Notes: generated by a model not told the origin, from the sequence alone. DNA of 61,604 nucleotides, filler included, from Choristocarpus tenellus KU-1152 (GCA_964200185.2; 10 parts of 10 records of this genome joined end to end with filler, not necessarily neighbours in it); one strand, 5' to 3'; counted from the whole stretch's first letter, positions 9,870 to 23,819 are shown. Translations and numbers: made by a program.

Positions 9870-12800
9870 CTTCCCACGGATCATCTGTACATTCGCCTGT
9901 GCCTTAGCAGCCCGCGGGGTCAACTCTAGAACGTTGGATGCCTGCAGGGCTGCTGCCTCACGGACCCCAACCCCTCCCCTGGGTACCTTTGGCCTACCAT
10001 CCTTGCTTGTGGTACCATCCTTGCTTGCGACAGGGCGGGTCCCCTCGCCCCCCCCAACACCCTTGGACTTTGATGAGTGATCTTCAGCTCCAAGAAGCCG
10101 ATCCACTCTCTCCTTGACCTTAGTACCCCCCCCCCTCCTTTGGTCGACTTCTTGACAACCTCATCCTGTCTACCATCTTTTGGGCTGGGGTTAGGCTCTG
10201 AACTTGGACCAGGACGAGAGGGGGCATTGTTACCACTGGGCACAACAGCACTCTTTCCCAAGCCGCCCACATCAGAAGAGGAGGTGGAAGTGAGCGGCAG
10301 GCTAGTGGCACTAGCCTGCCGCTTCTCAACTCCCTTCCCTGTGGATACCACATCCCCCCCAACATCCCCTGTTGTCGTCTGGTGCTTCAGATCCACCATA
10401 GTGGCATCCTCATCACCAACAACAGCTGTACCCACAACATTGTCAACACACTCAGCACTGCCTGAAACCTTGTTGGTCTTCCCGGTGGAGGACACGCCGC
10501 CCTTGAGTGAACCCTTGAGTGAACCCTTGAGTGAACCGCCCTTGAGTGCTGGCGCAGATGGTGCTGCTGGTGTTGCTGTTGGTCTGTCTGGCTTGGAGGT
10601 TGACTGTATTTTTTGAAGGGCCACCAGGGGGAATATAAAAAAATAGACATCGTTACTTAATAATGCATGATAAAAAAGAAAAGTTATGAGGGACACAAAA
10701 ATGCTATCTCTCAGGTTAAGTTGCATGTACCTATATATATATATATATATATGGGTGCAAGAAGAACATTTGCACCTATGGAACAAGTCCTTAGCTACAA
10801 CATAGTGATGCACTGATGGGTTTAAAATGAGAGTTGAGGTTCCAATTTTAAAAAGAACAAAGTAGGGTCAAAACCCAAGGGCTAAGCTAAGATGTAGTCA
10901 CACATATGCACACAAACAAGGACATTCAACAGAGATCAAAGCCCCATCGTCAGCGCACCTCACTAACTCTACAATGTCTCCTTGTCAAACTCCTGCCCAT
11001 ACATGTCAGCCCTCTTCCCTCACCTTAACAAGAGCCTTCTCAGGCTTATCCTTCTCAGGCTTATCCGTCGCATCTGGGTTAGACAAACCAGCAGTGCCAA
11101 CAATCCCAGCAACACCTGCATCCTCCACCTTTCTACAACTCTTCAACTTCTTCACCTTAATCTTCCCCTTGATCTTATTTTTTCCCTTCTCCTTAGCAAC
11201 AACAGACCTCTCAGTCACAACGACTGCTCTTTGAGCAGCCGCAGCAGCAGCTGGCTTTTGCCCTGCCTCTGCATTTGCTACCAATGCCACAACCCGGGTA
11301 TCAATATCACTCCTCTCCACAACCCCCCCCCCACTCTCCACAGCAGCAAGAGCATCTTGTGACTTTCCCTGCACATCCTCAGCATCCTCCCTCATCTGGG
11401 CCATACCGCTGCTGACACTCTTGCCCTCTACACCCGCGTCCACTTTCATGTCCTCGCCACGAACCAAGGGGGCCTTTGAATGTGCAACTGGCGACTCCTT
11501 GATGCCCTCACCATCAACAGGGACGTCGCGTCCAGTGCCTGATGCAGACACTCCGGCAGTCTCCTCACCCTTTGCCAGCTTTGCCAGTGAACTCTCAACC
11601 AAGTGTCGCTGCTTACGCTCCTCCTCCACTTCTCGAAGTTTCCTCAACCTACCCTTGCCCTTCTGCAGGACCTTGCTACTCTTCAGCCCCTTCCCCTTGG
11701 TCAAGCCAGCCTTCCCTGGTAACTTGGCACTACCACCCTCCAAGGAGCCCTCAGGCACTGCCACAAGGCTCTTACCCACAGAGTCCATTATTCTCCTCTT
11801 CTTCACCTTTGTGGAAGATTTTCCCTCAACAGCATCAGGCCCTGGACCTCCCTCACCAGAGTCAATAGGCAGGCTTTGGGTGATAGTTGGACTACTCTCT
11901 ACAATACCTCTATTATGACCTACAGCAAACCTTTTCAACAGTCGAGCTTTGTCAACAGGCTCAGGTTCACTTATCTGCTGCAACGACTTATCATCAACAG
12001 GTGAAGCGACTTCCCTCTTACGCTTGATCCGAGAACCAATAGGCACAGTAGCAGGTGAACAAACAGTATCACCAGTAGTACCAGAACAGTCCCTAGAGTC
12101 TTCCACACCACTTCCACCATCTCCACTACTGGTTTCTCTGTTGCTGCAATTACCACTTCCATCATGGCCACCACCAGGAACAATGATACCACCTTTGTCA
12201 TGGGTTGTCTCACTGGACTTGTCCTCCAGCCTCCCATCCCCCAAGATCCGCCGTGGTTTGTGGCTGGACTGAGTCACCCTTCCAGGCCATCTGGATTTCC
12301 TAACTGCACTACCCTTGCTGACAACACTATCCCCACTAGCTAACACCCCCCCTCCAACACTCTCCTTGGGTAATGTGGGAGTATGAATCCCTGCCTCATC
12401 AGGACTCACATCAACAGCATCCCCTTTGGTGGCAGTAGACTTAACATCCTTGGGACTGTCTCCATTGCCACTACCTGCGGTTGCTCCCTCAGTTGCCTGA
12501 CCCCAGTGTTGATCTCTCTCCCCATGACCCTTTTCATCCTGGGTTGAACTCTCATGTGAACTACGCCCCCTGCCACCAACATCATGACTATCGTCCCTGG
12601 TGGTCTGTCGCCTGTCCTGAGAGTCCTCTGGTCTGTCCAAACCACTACGATCCCTGTTGCGGTCCCCACCATCCCCCTGGCTTTTTTCCTCCTCCAAATC
12701 CCCATCTCTATCTGATCCCCGAGGTGTATCCCTTCCCTTCCCTTTCCCCTCATCACCTGGTGATCGTCTTGTATCTACTGACATTCGCCTAGGCCTGCCA

Positions 12801-13129
12801 GGGCCTCGTGACCTGTCACGATCCCTCTCCCAGTCCCCATCCTTGTCCTTGCTCTTGTATTTGTCACGCTCCCAATCCTCATCCTTTCCTCTCCCTCGAT
12901 TCCTATCTCGGTCACGGTCCAAGTCCTCATCCCAGTTCCTCCCACGGTCCCCACCCCAATCTCGATCTCGATTTCGATCACGATCTTGGTACCAATCACG
13001 ATCACGATTCCTTCCATACCCCCTATTGTGATCTCGTCTCTTCTCCTGGTCACGATCCCTTCGCCGATCTGAATCTCCTCCTCGATCGCTGTCATGAGAA
13101 AATCCATCTTGGCCCCGGTCCCGGTCCCG

Positions 13130-13183
<54 letters not shown>

Positions 13184-14017
13184 ATCTCTTCCACGGTCCC
13201 TTCCCCTATCACGCCCATCATCCCGACTTCCATGTCCATCATACTTCCAGCTTGGACTCCTGCGTCGATTTGAGTTGGTAATCCTCCTATCACGAGGGCT
13301 GGAATAACCCCGAGACCTACCCCCCCTGTCACCCCTGTCCATATCCCGGGAGTCTCGACTATCATCCCTTCGCCCTTGTCGCCTGCTGGAAATGGGTGTG
13401 GTACACTTCTCCCTGCTGGACAAGTGATAGCGATCCCGACTGTCGTCCCTACTGGGACTCCGTTGACGATGTACGCTGGAACTGCGTTGGCGTTGCATGC
13501 TGGGACTGCATGGTGAGCTAGAAACATCATCCCTCTCGCCTTTGTCACCATCCCGAGAGGTATGACTGAAGTCTCTTCGCCCTGGTCTGCCGATCGAGCT
13601 AGGCGTTTCTCTGCCATCCTTGCTTGATCGTCCATACTGGTCACTGCTGCCATCAGGGCTTGGGCTCTGTTGCCGTTTCCGGTTAGCACCACGGTCTCTG
13701 CTATATCTGCGGCGGCGACTCCGACTGTCGTCTCGGCTAGAGCTGCGGTAGCGTTGACGGCTTCGACTCCGCTGGCGATGCTGACTGTGGCTTCTGGGCG
13801 ACCCAAACGAGTCACCCTTCTCAGTCCGGTAGCCGTCTCGAGAGTCACGATATCCATCCCTTCGCACAGACCTGCTGCTTGAAATAGGAGTAGCACCGCG
13901 GTCCCTGCTGGAATACCGATGACGATCTCGACTGCCATCCCGACTAAAACTACGCTGTCGTCGCCGGCTGTGGTCGCGCTGGCGATGCCGGCTGTGGCTG
14001 CGGGGCGACCCAGACAT
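9870..14017 (-). CDS. Large intrinsically disordered RS/RD-rich, Lys/Gly-rich protein; exons 14017-11024 and 10603 to <9870, truncated at the gap
   Basis: 1028-aa ORF with RS and RD dipeptide tracts; phase-0 GT-AG intron 11023-10604 joins KALVK to STSKPDRP; apparent frameshift at a G-run ~10126-10135. Confidence 0.8.
13112..13185 (-). repeat. (GGGACA/GGGACC)n hexamer repeat encoding poly-RD
   Basis: TCCCTG/TCCCGG tandem run on the + strand. Confidence 0.95.
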
Positions 14018-14856
14018 GAGCGCCTCACAACCGCTTAGATTCTGTGCAATTGATAAGCCCGTATAGTAAGAGATTCCGTCGCAGTAGCACAAGTAAGTTG
14101 GGGACTTGGAGCAAGTTGTGCTTCTCCCACAAGAAATATTGAAATATCAGACGTCCTTCTTTCTCCCTGATCCCAGCATTAAGAGAAACAAATAATGTAA
14201 CCCTATCTATATCCACCCTCACACAATGGGTTGTGGGTATTCTTTCTCCCCTACTAAGGAACATGTCATCAGGATTTGAGATGAAATAATTTCACACCCA
14301 TGGCGCCTAAAGACATGTTCAAATAGATATCCAAACTCTACGTTCAATTTTTTTCCACTCCCAAAATGGGAAGACCATTAAACAACTCCCAGTTATGAGG
14401 GAAATTTGAGCGAGTCAGGTCATTTGGGGAAGCACTCGCCTCGCCAGGTCGAAATCTTGTTGAAACCACCAGGTCTCAACAGCGAGTGGATTACACACAC
14501 CCTCTTCCTGAATTTTTCACTATCGCGGCACAGAGGGCGACGTCATCACGACCTAAGTTCTCCTGAAATGACCTTTTGAGGGTACACGCTGAAAAACAGA
14601 TCGCCAACTGAGGTTCCCCAGAAAACTGGGTGTTCGTCTCAGGACAAAACTGTCGACTGATGTGAGGGTAGTTGGATAAGTACAGCAATACGGTAATACA
14701 GAAATTCGACTCATGGGAGTATACGATACGACAAAACTGGCTCCCTCTCAAACCACAGATAGCCTCTAACACACTACATAGTAGTTCTGGACAAGTCGAC
14801 AACGTCCCCCCCTCGGCTCTAGAATCTGTGAAGTCACGGGATTGTTGTGAAAACAG
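14018..14856. promoter_or_regulatory. Probable bidirectional promoter region
   Basis: ~840 bp between divergent ATGs (14017 minus, 14857 plus), with no recognised TE. Confidence 0.5.
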
Positions 14857-16600
14857 ATGGCCAAAGTGGGAGGCAAGAAATCTCGCCGGGTAAAAGCTGC
14901 GAAGGAGACTAATGGTTGTGGCGATGATCAAGTTCCAGTGGTGAAGGTGGTGGACATGAATGGTCCGTCAGATATTCAAGATCTCTCACCTGATCTTGAC
15001 GGTAGCAATGTGGTAGTGGAGGGAAAGGTTGAGGGTAAATCTGGGAAAAAGCGACGGCGACGCCTTAGCGTAGACGAGGAAGGGGTTACCGCAGATGCGC
15101 TCGTGGTTGCAATTCAGGGTCATGATGAATACTTCTCTCGTTTGCTCGACATGATACCCGAAAACCTGATACTACGGCCAAAGGAGATCAATGAGTCGTC
15201 CTACTCGAGCAAGTACATGAAGGTGAGGTCAGAGTTCACATGTCGCGGTGATGAAGGTTGTATTGTTGTTGCAACCATCTGGCAAGTGGTCTCGACTTCC
15301 AGTACCTATGGACATCACATATATCGTTCTGCTCAGAGCCCTCGACCAACCTTGGTCCGTGGCTACTACTTTTCTGATTGCCCACCTAGAACAAGGCATG
15401 CGCTGCCACCCATCAATCGCGGAAGGAAGAATCTAAGAAAAGTAAGAGGGCTCGCTATGCTGCAGACAACCAGAAGACTTTACTTGAGAAGCAACAGGTG
15501 AGTAGTTCACGTTCGAACATACGTTGTTGCTTAGATAATACCAGCATCGTTATATTTTTGTCGTCGTTTTTCCTCTTACCGTGATTGCTGAAGGCCTGCA
15601 GGACTAGTTTAGTCAAACTAACCTCTCGTCCGATTTTACATTTTTGTGTAGCCACAGTCACTAGGTTGGTATCCCATTGCAGATGTAGCGCAAGGCCAGT
15701 TAGTTCATTTTCCTCCTTGTTCCTATTGTAAGGTTGTGATGTATGCCCTCGGCTTGTGACCTCACCTTTTAACCATCATTACATACCTCTTCCAGCGATC
15801 TGCAGCGAGTAAGTCGTCCTCAGTTTCTTCCCTCTCTCTGTTTCGTATGTGGTTTAACATTGCATTTTTCTGCTCCATCGATATGTCATCCGACCACAAA
15901 AAACCACCTTCCAAAACCATATCACCAGGAGCTTGCGGAGAAGTCTCGGGAAGAAAGAGAGCTGGAAGAGCAGGGGGAGGAACAAGGGGAAGAGAAGTTG
16001 GGCGCACCACCCCCTATGGTTCTTGATGATGGAGAAGGGAAAGACTCTGACAAGGAAATGCTGGAGGCAGAGGAATGGAAGAATAAGGGTCCCTTGCGCG
16101 ATAAGGCGATGGATGTGTCCTCCATGGATGCCCTCAAGCACCGTATAGAGGTATGCGTTCACAGCTGTGGATCGTTCTGTTAATAATTTTTTTCTCATAT
16201 ATTTTTTCCTGTGCTTATGTTGGATATTTCCACAGTGTTGCATTATGCCCCTTGTTGAGGGTAAAAACTAATCACACGGTTCTCATTTTGAGATCAGGTG
16301 GTGATGAACAACTCCACCATAACCGTCACCGTCAACTGACGCCTTTCTTTATTCCCCCCCCCCCTTTTATTCCTAGCAACGAATCAAGGAGTTTCAAGAT
16401 AAAAGGGTGGCAGCAGAGGGTAGCCGCCGTGCCAAGAACGTGGGGAAGAGGGAGAAAGAGAAGATGATCAAGAGAGAGAACAAGAAAAAGGGAGCAAAGG
16501 GCAATAAAGTCAAAAACTCCAAGAAGGATCAGGATGGTCACCTGACCCCGAAGATACAACCTGGCAGGGATGATACTGCTGCTGATGATGATGCTGCAGG
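14857..16600 (+). CDS. RRP14: RRP14/SURF6 nucleolar ribosome-biogenesis protein, 5' part; exons 14857-15222, 15390-15497, 15929-16150, 16377-~16600
   Basis: IQGHDEYFSRLLDMIP..YMK/NK..RKEESKKSKRARY fits the Rrp14 N-terminal domain; SMDALKHRIEQRIKEFQDKR fits SURF6; three phase-0 GT-AG introns keep the frame. Confidence 0.82.
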
Positions 16601-17099
16601 TTTCGAAGGTGAAGGAGAGATTTGGCCACTTCTATCGCACTATACAACCGTAGCCCTGATCCCTATCCCTATCCCTATCCTGAGAGCATGGATCTCTTTT
16701 TTTTTGGTATATTTAAAATTAAAGGAGTTACAACGCAACTTCATCCCTGCATTTGTAATTCCCTTGTGTAGTAAGGCCATCCCTCGTGTTTTATGCAGGC
16801 GGAATAGTATAATGGGCAATTCTAAGTGTTGGGAGTAACACCTCGTGATGAAACTCTGTTAAGCCTCTTCCTGTTTGTGAGGGAGAGGGATGGAGAGGCC
16901 TTTAGTACCATCTTCTGTCACTGTAAGTGGTCATTGATTTTGTGTAGTACAGCCAGAGGGAAAGGGTCACCTACCTGTGCTATTTTTTGTTTTGGTAGTG
17001 AACCATAGCATAGATTACACCATTTGCACTATGTTCTGATGCTTTCGTTGAACTATGGTACTACTAATAGTGTTAGCGTAGCCCTGTGTATTTTTTTTT

Positions 17100-17890
17100 G
17101 TGACCCTCAGTCCTAACCCTAACCCTTACAGTGCATAAATCAAGATAATGAAATGTTTCGTTCCTTCCAACCTAACCCCTAACCCTTAGATCTATTCGGC
17201 AGTAAGAATATAATACTAAAGAGGAGCTTATTTTTTTTATGTGAAACTCAACATATCATGGGAGATTGTGCAAACCCCATGAGGTAGGAGAATCTTCTTT
17301 TAGTCCCAAGGGACAGGCTCCTACCTGTACAGAAAATCGTGCACTGGATGACACTGAGTGAAAGTATATTAGAGGGTACGAGTTTTGCCCTGTTTGTCCA
17401 TTTGGGGTATACCTTTTTGGCTTCCCTCAGGGTTTTTATGACGTTTTCCTATTCTAAAATATTTCAGAGTAGGTAATATTTGTACGTTTTGAAAAGGTGT
17501 GTCTGGATCAAGGATTATGACACTTACTAACAAACATGATAGCTAAAGATACATCGAAATTGCAACATTGGATTTTGGCCCCAAATGGACGTGGTTCTAC
17601 CCTAACCCTAAGATACTTTGACTCACCAACGTTAAGAAAAAAATATGTTAAGGGCTTTTAGAGCACGAGGCCCTCGAGAAAAATTGAAGGGCCTCTCTTG
17701 CTTTTGAACCCTGAAATGTGTACTTGGGCTACCTTGCCTATTCACGCCCGCACTGTGTTGGAGTTGTCAGCCTCCTTTTCCACCATCCTGACCCTAACCC
17801 TAAGTTCAACTGCACAATTTAGGGTGCTCTAACGCTTGCTTGGATTGATGGTTGCTCAGCACACTGAAGGTTAGGGTTAGGGTATTGGGG
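17100..17890. repeat. Interstitial telomere-like CCCTAA/TTAGGG short repeats
   Basis: CCTAACCCTAACCC at ~17112, CCTAACCCCTAACCC at ~17171, ACCCTAACCCTAA at ~17791 and GGTTAGGGTTAGGG at ~17869. Confidence 0.6.
17356..17624 (-). mobile_element. Family-A MITE
   Basis: Reverse copy GAGTGAAAGTAT...AGATACTTTGACTC; flanks ACT/ACC. Confidence 0.9.
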
Positions 17891-18899
17891 GGGGTGTAAG
17901 ACTAAGTGGTGTGTGTGGAGTTTTGAAGGGACGTGGTTACTGACATTTGAAAATAGAGGGCAGTACCTTTGTTCCAAAACACGAACCGTTAGAGATATCA
18001 ATCGATCCTAGGGGGTACTTTTACAGACAGGCATTTAATTAAGCCGTGTGAAGCTGGCTCACGGATGACCAACCTTGAAGAAAAGTTACTCCCCCCTGAC
18101 TCAAGTGATCATTCTTGTCACGCTTTAGTAATCAATAATAGTTTTGGATACATAGCTCTGTAGAAGAAAAACAGTTTTCTTGCCCAGTAAAGCAACAACC
18201 CCATCATCGCCATTGTAACAAAAAAAGAAAAAAGCAGTACTTGCACCGGGTTGGCCAATGTAGGTTGTACCTCTACCTTCAACCAGACTTTTGGCAGGCC
18301 TCCACAACCATAATAATAATAATAATGTTATCACAGGAAAAACTTAACAGGGTTTTGTTCAAATCAAAACATTAAAAAAAGGTAACGTTCCACGTATCTA
18401 GAAGTAACCCTAACCCTTGTAGTTAAGTGAGAATGCGTAGATGTCGCCTGCTTTGGTGTGTTGTACGTGTTGTTGGTAGTATCTGAAGAAAGTTGTATTT
18501 GTTGCATGTGTTTATTGAGGAGGTAGGGTGTGGTACCACCACGGAATGTAATACTTAGTGCAGTTGACAGGCACTGGGCACGCCTGCATTGCTATTTTGT
18601 AGGCATTTGAGGATGTGGCGGTTGATTGGCCAAGCAGAAAGCTGAATCAAATTCAGCATTATCTCCACCGAGTTTTTCAGTTGGTTATTGTGAAGTGGTT
18701 TCTTGGTAGGACAGCCTGTCTTACAGTGTCTTTGCAGTGGATAAAGTTGGGAACACACCTCTGTGAGTCCCACACGCACTGNNNNNNNNNNNNNNNNNNN
18801 NNNNNNNNNNNNNNNNNNNNNNNNNTTAATTAATTAANNNNNNNNNNNNNNNNNNNNNNNNNNNNNNNNNNNNNNNNNNNNGGTTCGCGAGTTGTGTGT

Positions 18900-19084
18900 G
18901 GAGGGGGGGGTGGGTCGTGGAGGTAGTGTAGGCTTCTACACCAGGGTGTCCATTCAGGCCCTGACCAGCAGAAGTGCTCTTACATCATCCATCCGTCGCA
19001 TGCAACCAAATCTCAAAAAAATAGCGACATCGAGAAATGGGCCCTGAATGGACAGCCGTCCGCCCCCCACAAATATTTTGAGGC
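18900..19084. mobile_element. Degenerate family-B MITE
   Basis: TCTACACCAGGGTGTCCATT...AATGGACAGCCG-Cn-AAATATTTTGAGG. Confidence 0.7.
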
Positions 19085-20453
19085 CGATCCCATTTATGAA
19101 TCAAACTTTTTCCTAAGGGGGAGCCAAGAACCCCAGCCTTGATACATCACCAGTACCTACTGCCATGGGGGATTTTGGACTTGATACCTGTCCGTTGTAC
19201 ATAGCACAAAACCTTGACGATCGTTCCTCTGTAACCTCTTTTAGAATGTTCATCAGCCCAAGGTTTTCCTCTGACACCCTTCTTTGCTCACAAATGCAAC
19301 AACAATTAAGGGACTGGGTGCAGCATGCGCCAACAACAACTTTGGAACTCTCCTGTTTAAGAGCACCAGTCTGTTTGTCAACGGCTTTGCTGAGTCCTTT
19401 GGAGATGGTGGCTCTGGCGGTGCCCTGTCAAATACCAATGGCGCTCTTTTGACGTGAGTACTATGAAGCAGGGGGTCTGCAAAGGTTGTGAGAGTCATTA
19501 TTCACAGTGTGGTCAATATTTAGAGTTTACGTATCGTGTCACAGTATCCATAATAGTAATAATAATAATTTGTAGGCAACAATCTAGATTGGAAGGGCCA
19601 AATTATGTGGCAATAGTACCATAATTTCCGAGCTACTTCAGGATGTATTTTTCGATTTTGAATCTAGACACAGGGTGTGTTTCTGGTGCCCTTAACTACC
19701 TGCATGCCTCGTCGAGTGAAGTTGTCTCTCCGGTTTTGGTATGGTGGAAGAGTCCGTCACTGGAGTAAAAGCTTTCCAAAGAGGAAGCGCTATTTTATGT
19801 CAAACGTGCAGGCATGTTTGTGTGGGAATTTGAAAGGGGTCCTTGAGATGATAAGAAGCACACCGGCAAGCGTAGTCTCTCCTCAAGAAGTGAGAAGAAT
19901 AGAAACAACTCGGGACTTGTTTGCACACACGGCATTGCAGTTTACAACAAAAAAATTAAGACGAAACCCCCTGGACTTGAGGCGCAAAATGCAAAAACTT
20001 GCCGCATAGTCTTAGTCGTGCGAGCTTACAAAAAATAACGATAACACGAAGTTGGTTGCAACAATATGAATATCTGTTTCAGGAACGGTAGACTGGGGTG
20101 TTTGTAATAGAGGTGATGGCGTTTTGTGCTTGCTATTATCTTTTAGTGATGATTTAGTTCAATTTTTGGGGGGGGACTATCGTGACCTACTATCAGAAGT
20201 ACTACACGCTGCAGAACTTCCCATACAAAGTGATTCAAAAGTAAGCGTCAAGTACCCAGAGTTGGATTTCAAGGGTGATAACAAATATGTGCAAAAATTG
20301 TTTTTTTTTGTGTAATTGTGTATGGGATTTATTTTGCGATTCTGAATTTTTTGATGAAAAAAAAATTAAACAATAGAGAAATAAACGCTCTCAAGTCAAA
20401 ATTTGCGCTTCATCCATAGAAGTATGGGTGAATTGCAAAGAATGAAAAACAGA

Positions 20454-20656
20454 GACTTGAAGTTTATCTGGGGGGGGTGCCGGCTGTCCATTCAGGGCCC
20501 TTTTTTACATGTCGCGAATTTTGTGCGATTTGATTTCATGTGTCGGATGGATGGATGGATGGATGGATATTGTAAGTGCACTTCTCTTGATCAGGGTCCG
20601 AATGGAGACTCAGTTGTAGACCCCCCCCCCTCCCCCTCCCCCCAGATGCTTTGAGC
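20454..20656. mobile_element. Family-B MITE
   Basis: TATCT-Gn-TGCCGGCTGTCCATT...GTAGAC-Cn-AGATGCTTTGAGC. Confidence 0.75.
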
Positions 20657-22919
20657 TAGATTTCAACTGAAAAACAGCCAAAACCTGGGTACATCTCGTT
20701 TGCCTTAGCTCACTACTGATTCTCACTCTTGCGACTACTAATGATTGTGCTGCCTCTGTATATGAACCATTTGAAGTGAAATAGATTGAATATTTTCAAG
20801 TATAGTGTCTTGCATGAGCTGCAAAACGTTTGTGTTGACAGAATTTTTTTGTAATTTTCCATATTTTTTCTAGCGGTCCTAAAGAGTAAAAGAACGAAAG
20901 CGCTATATTTTCTCTTTTTTTGTCAGCTGCAAAATATGCAAAGTCAACTCGATGAGAAAGTTGCAAGTGAGAGGAGGTTACGATTTTTAAAATTCATACG
21001 GAAGCTCACATATGATGCATGAAATTTGCCATAGAGCATGAACACCCCAAGTGCAATGGTTTTAATGCATCCCAAGGTGTAGAAACCCTGTTGTTGTTTT
21101 TCTTTTCCGGTCTGTTAGAAATATTTATTGTATGTTCATGTGGAATATGTTGCACGATGCATAGGTAAACGCTGTTCTGGTGGTTCTTGCGTGTGTTGGT
21201 GACTCTTTGGGGCTACTCTTGCGTGCAAACAATGTGTGCTGCTGAAACGTGCATCATTATTGACGTGAGCATGAAAAGAGCCTGCTGCTCATGTGTCTGT
21301 AACTAGTTCATACCATATATATATATATATATACATACATACATATGAAGGGTGACTCCACGTATTTAACACTTCAGAGAGGAAACATTTCTCACTCATT
21401 CCTACTTCTGTGTATAGATGAGAAAGGCATCCTTAGTGCTTCCGTTTTTGATTTATACGAATGCTAGAGTGAACAACAAACATAGAACACAAAAGAGTCT
21501 TATTTGCATGACTTGACAAATCCCATGAATCTACAGTCTTACTGGGAAAGCGATCTTCAAGAAGAACTACGCTGGGTTCGGTGGGGCCATCTATAACCCT
21601 ACAAGTGACGGCCCCGTTGGGACACTTGTTCTGCCAGATGATGTTGTTTTCAAGAAGAACACTGCCAATGTGGTGAGCTTTGTCCCTCTTTTGTAAAGTA
21701 CCAGCTTTGTTCTGATGGCAGAGCCTTGGACTCACTGTTCTTGCTTGTCAAACCCTTTCTGCAGCAATAGCAGAGTTTCAAACTTCTGGCACCCATTAGC
21801 AAGTCACAAAATGCAAAATGTACTTCTCTTCTGGAGCTGGGACAGTGCTACTGATTTAGTATATCTCCTCCGCCAAATCAACGAAGGATACATCGTCCGA
21901 ATCAGTAACTTACATACTGATGCTGAACATATTAGAGGGTTTTGGATGGCATCAATAAATAGTAACGTATCAACTCTCTCATCCCTCTTTGGGACTCTGA
22001 TGATCCCCAAGCAAGTCTCATCCTAAACACACACTCCTGACCCTAACATTGGTACCCCCTAACCCTGGGCCCAATACATCTCCACATTCCAGGCCTGTCC
22101 TGATATTTACTACGATGATGACCACTGTGGACCAACCTGAGTTCATTCCTGTATTTGAGGCTCTCTGGAAAACAGCCTTGAGGTGCACTCTTGGGTGGCG
22201 GCACTCACCAAGGGGTCCCCTCTACTAGATATTGATTTCTCTTCTAACACATGTCCTGTCACGTTGATCATGGTCATAGCACTCCGGAGTATGTTGAGGC
22301 TTTTCATGAAACAGTGTGTTGCTGGCACATAGATTCATTATTCAGTTTTTTGCTTGATTTTTGTGTTTGTTTGTGGCCATAAATATTGCCAACAGTACAT
22401 TGCCTTTTTTTAATTGTAAGGCGTTTACCAATCGAATTCGCACATAATGTTTTTGGAATCGGAGAGTGCTTTGCTATTCATGGTTAGAACATCGCATATT
22501 CTGACAGTGATGGACTGGCAAGTCAATTGTTGCATGTATTGAAACGTAGGGAAATTTAGTTAAACAATAGGATTAGCTCCAAATTTTCTGGGGCTTCGAC
22601 TGTGTTGCCTCATGACATTATTCATCTGTCTCACACTGTTCATCCAAGCACCTACATCTTTTTCGTCCCTCTGCCTCTAGTTGCTGCATTTCTTTTTCTT
22701 TAATCAATCTTTACAATACATGATCATGTCCATCCTTGAGATGATGATAAGCAGTCCTTGCAGATTCAGATCCGTAGTGTGCCAACATATTCATTTATCT
22801 GTTTCCTTTTGACTGATACATTTAATCCACAATGGCCCAAATAGTCAATGACCATTTGGACCATATTCGGTCATTGACCTACATGTGTAACCTTGTTCAG
22901 TTTCATAGATCCTATAGAT

Positions 22920-23178
22920 GAGTCAAATTATCTTAGAGGGTAGAGCCACGTCCGTTTGGGCACCAAAATTCAATGTTGCGATTTTGATGCAATTTTGGTT
23001 ATTGTCTTTGTTAGGAATTGTCAATATCCTTGCTCCTGACACACCTCACGATAATGTACACATTTTACCTACTGCGAAACATTTTAGAGTAGATAAAATG
23101 TAATAAGAACCCCATGGGAAGCCTAGCCCCAAATGGACAAACAGGGCAAAACTCTTACCCTCTGAGATACTTTCACTC
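22920..23178 (+). mobile_element. Family-A MITE
   Basis: GAGTCAAATTATCTTAGAGGG...AGATACTTTCACTC; flanks AGAT/AGAT. Confidence 0.9.
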
Positions 23179-23819
23179 AGATTTTTTTTTTGTAGATTAA
23201 TACTCCACTACATATAATCAGTTGGTTGTGTGTTCTGAGACTACCTTGAGGATATATGAGGCTGACACCCAGCTGGTTCCCTTACGTTTACTTTGTCTTT
23301 GTTTTGTATTATATTGGACACCTGGATGTCACAAAGTTATGCATCCACAACCTTTCACTCACAAGGTATGAAGTCTCTTCACAGAGTACTTCATCTGATT
23401 CGCCACATCAGCAAAGATTCGTGAATCGCTGCACCAAGTCAACCTCATCTTTACTTGAAGCCTCTACTCAGAGCACCTTTACCTCAAGTCTCTTCACAGA
23501 GGACCTTACTATCTTAGAAACCACTCAGAACGCCTTTCCACCTAAGCTTTTGACCAGAGCATTCCTTCCTCCTGAGATTTCAGGACATAAACAATAACTT
23601 ACCAAAAAGATGCAAAACTAGTGAACCCAAATCAAAGTACAATTAGAAGTAGTATTCAACAGATAGTAATTACTTTGGTGTTGATGGCTTGGCCTGTCTT
23701 AGCTTAAGCTTTTGCATGACGTACACACCATCAGCTATGGTAACTCTTCAACATCTTCACTGCATTGCTAAATGTGGCGATTAAGGGGTTCACCTCTGTC
23801 CTGACCATCTCCAAGAACC

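Noticed and set aside
10077-14028. Many long overlapping and antisense ORFs (e.g. 12775-14028, 11421-11918)
   Set aside because: They are shadows of the low-complexity RS/RD gene.
20700-23800. Possible MULE/SWIM or hAT transposase relics on the minus strand
   Set aside because: Only faint, isolated motif resemblances; they cannot be supported by eye.
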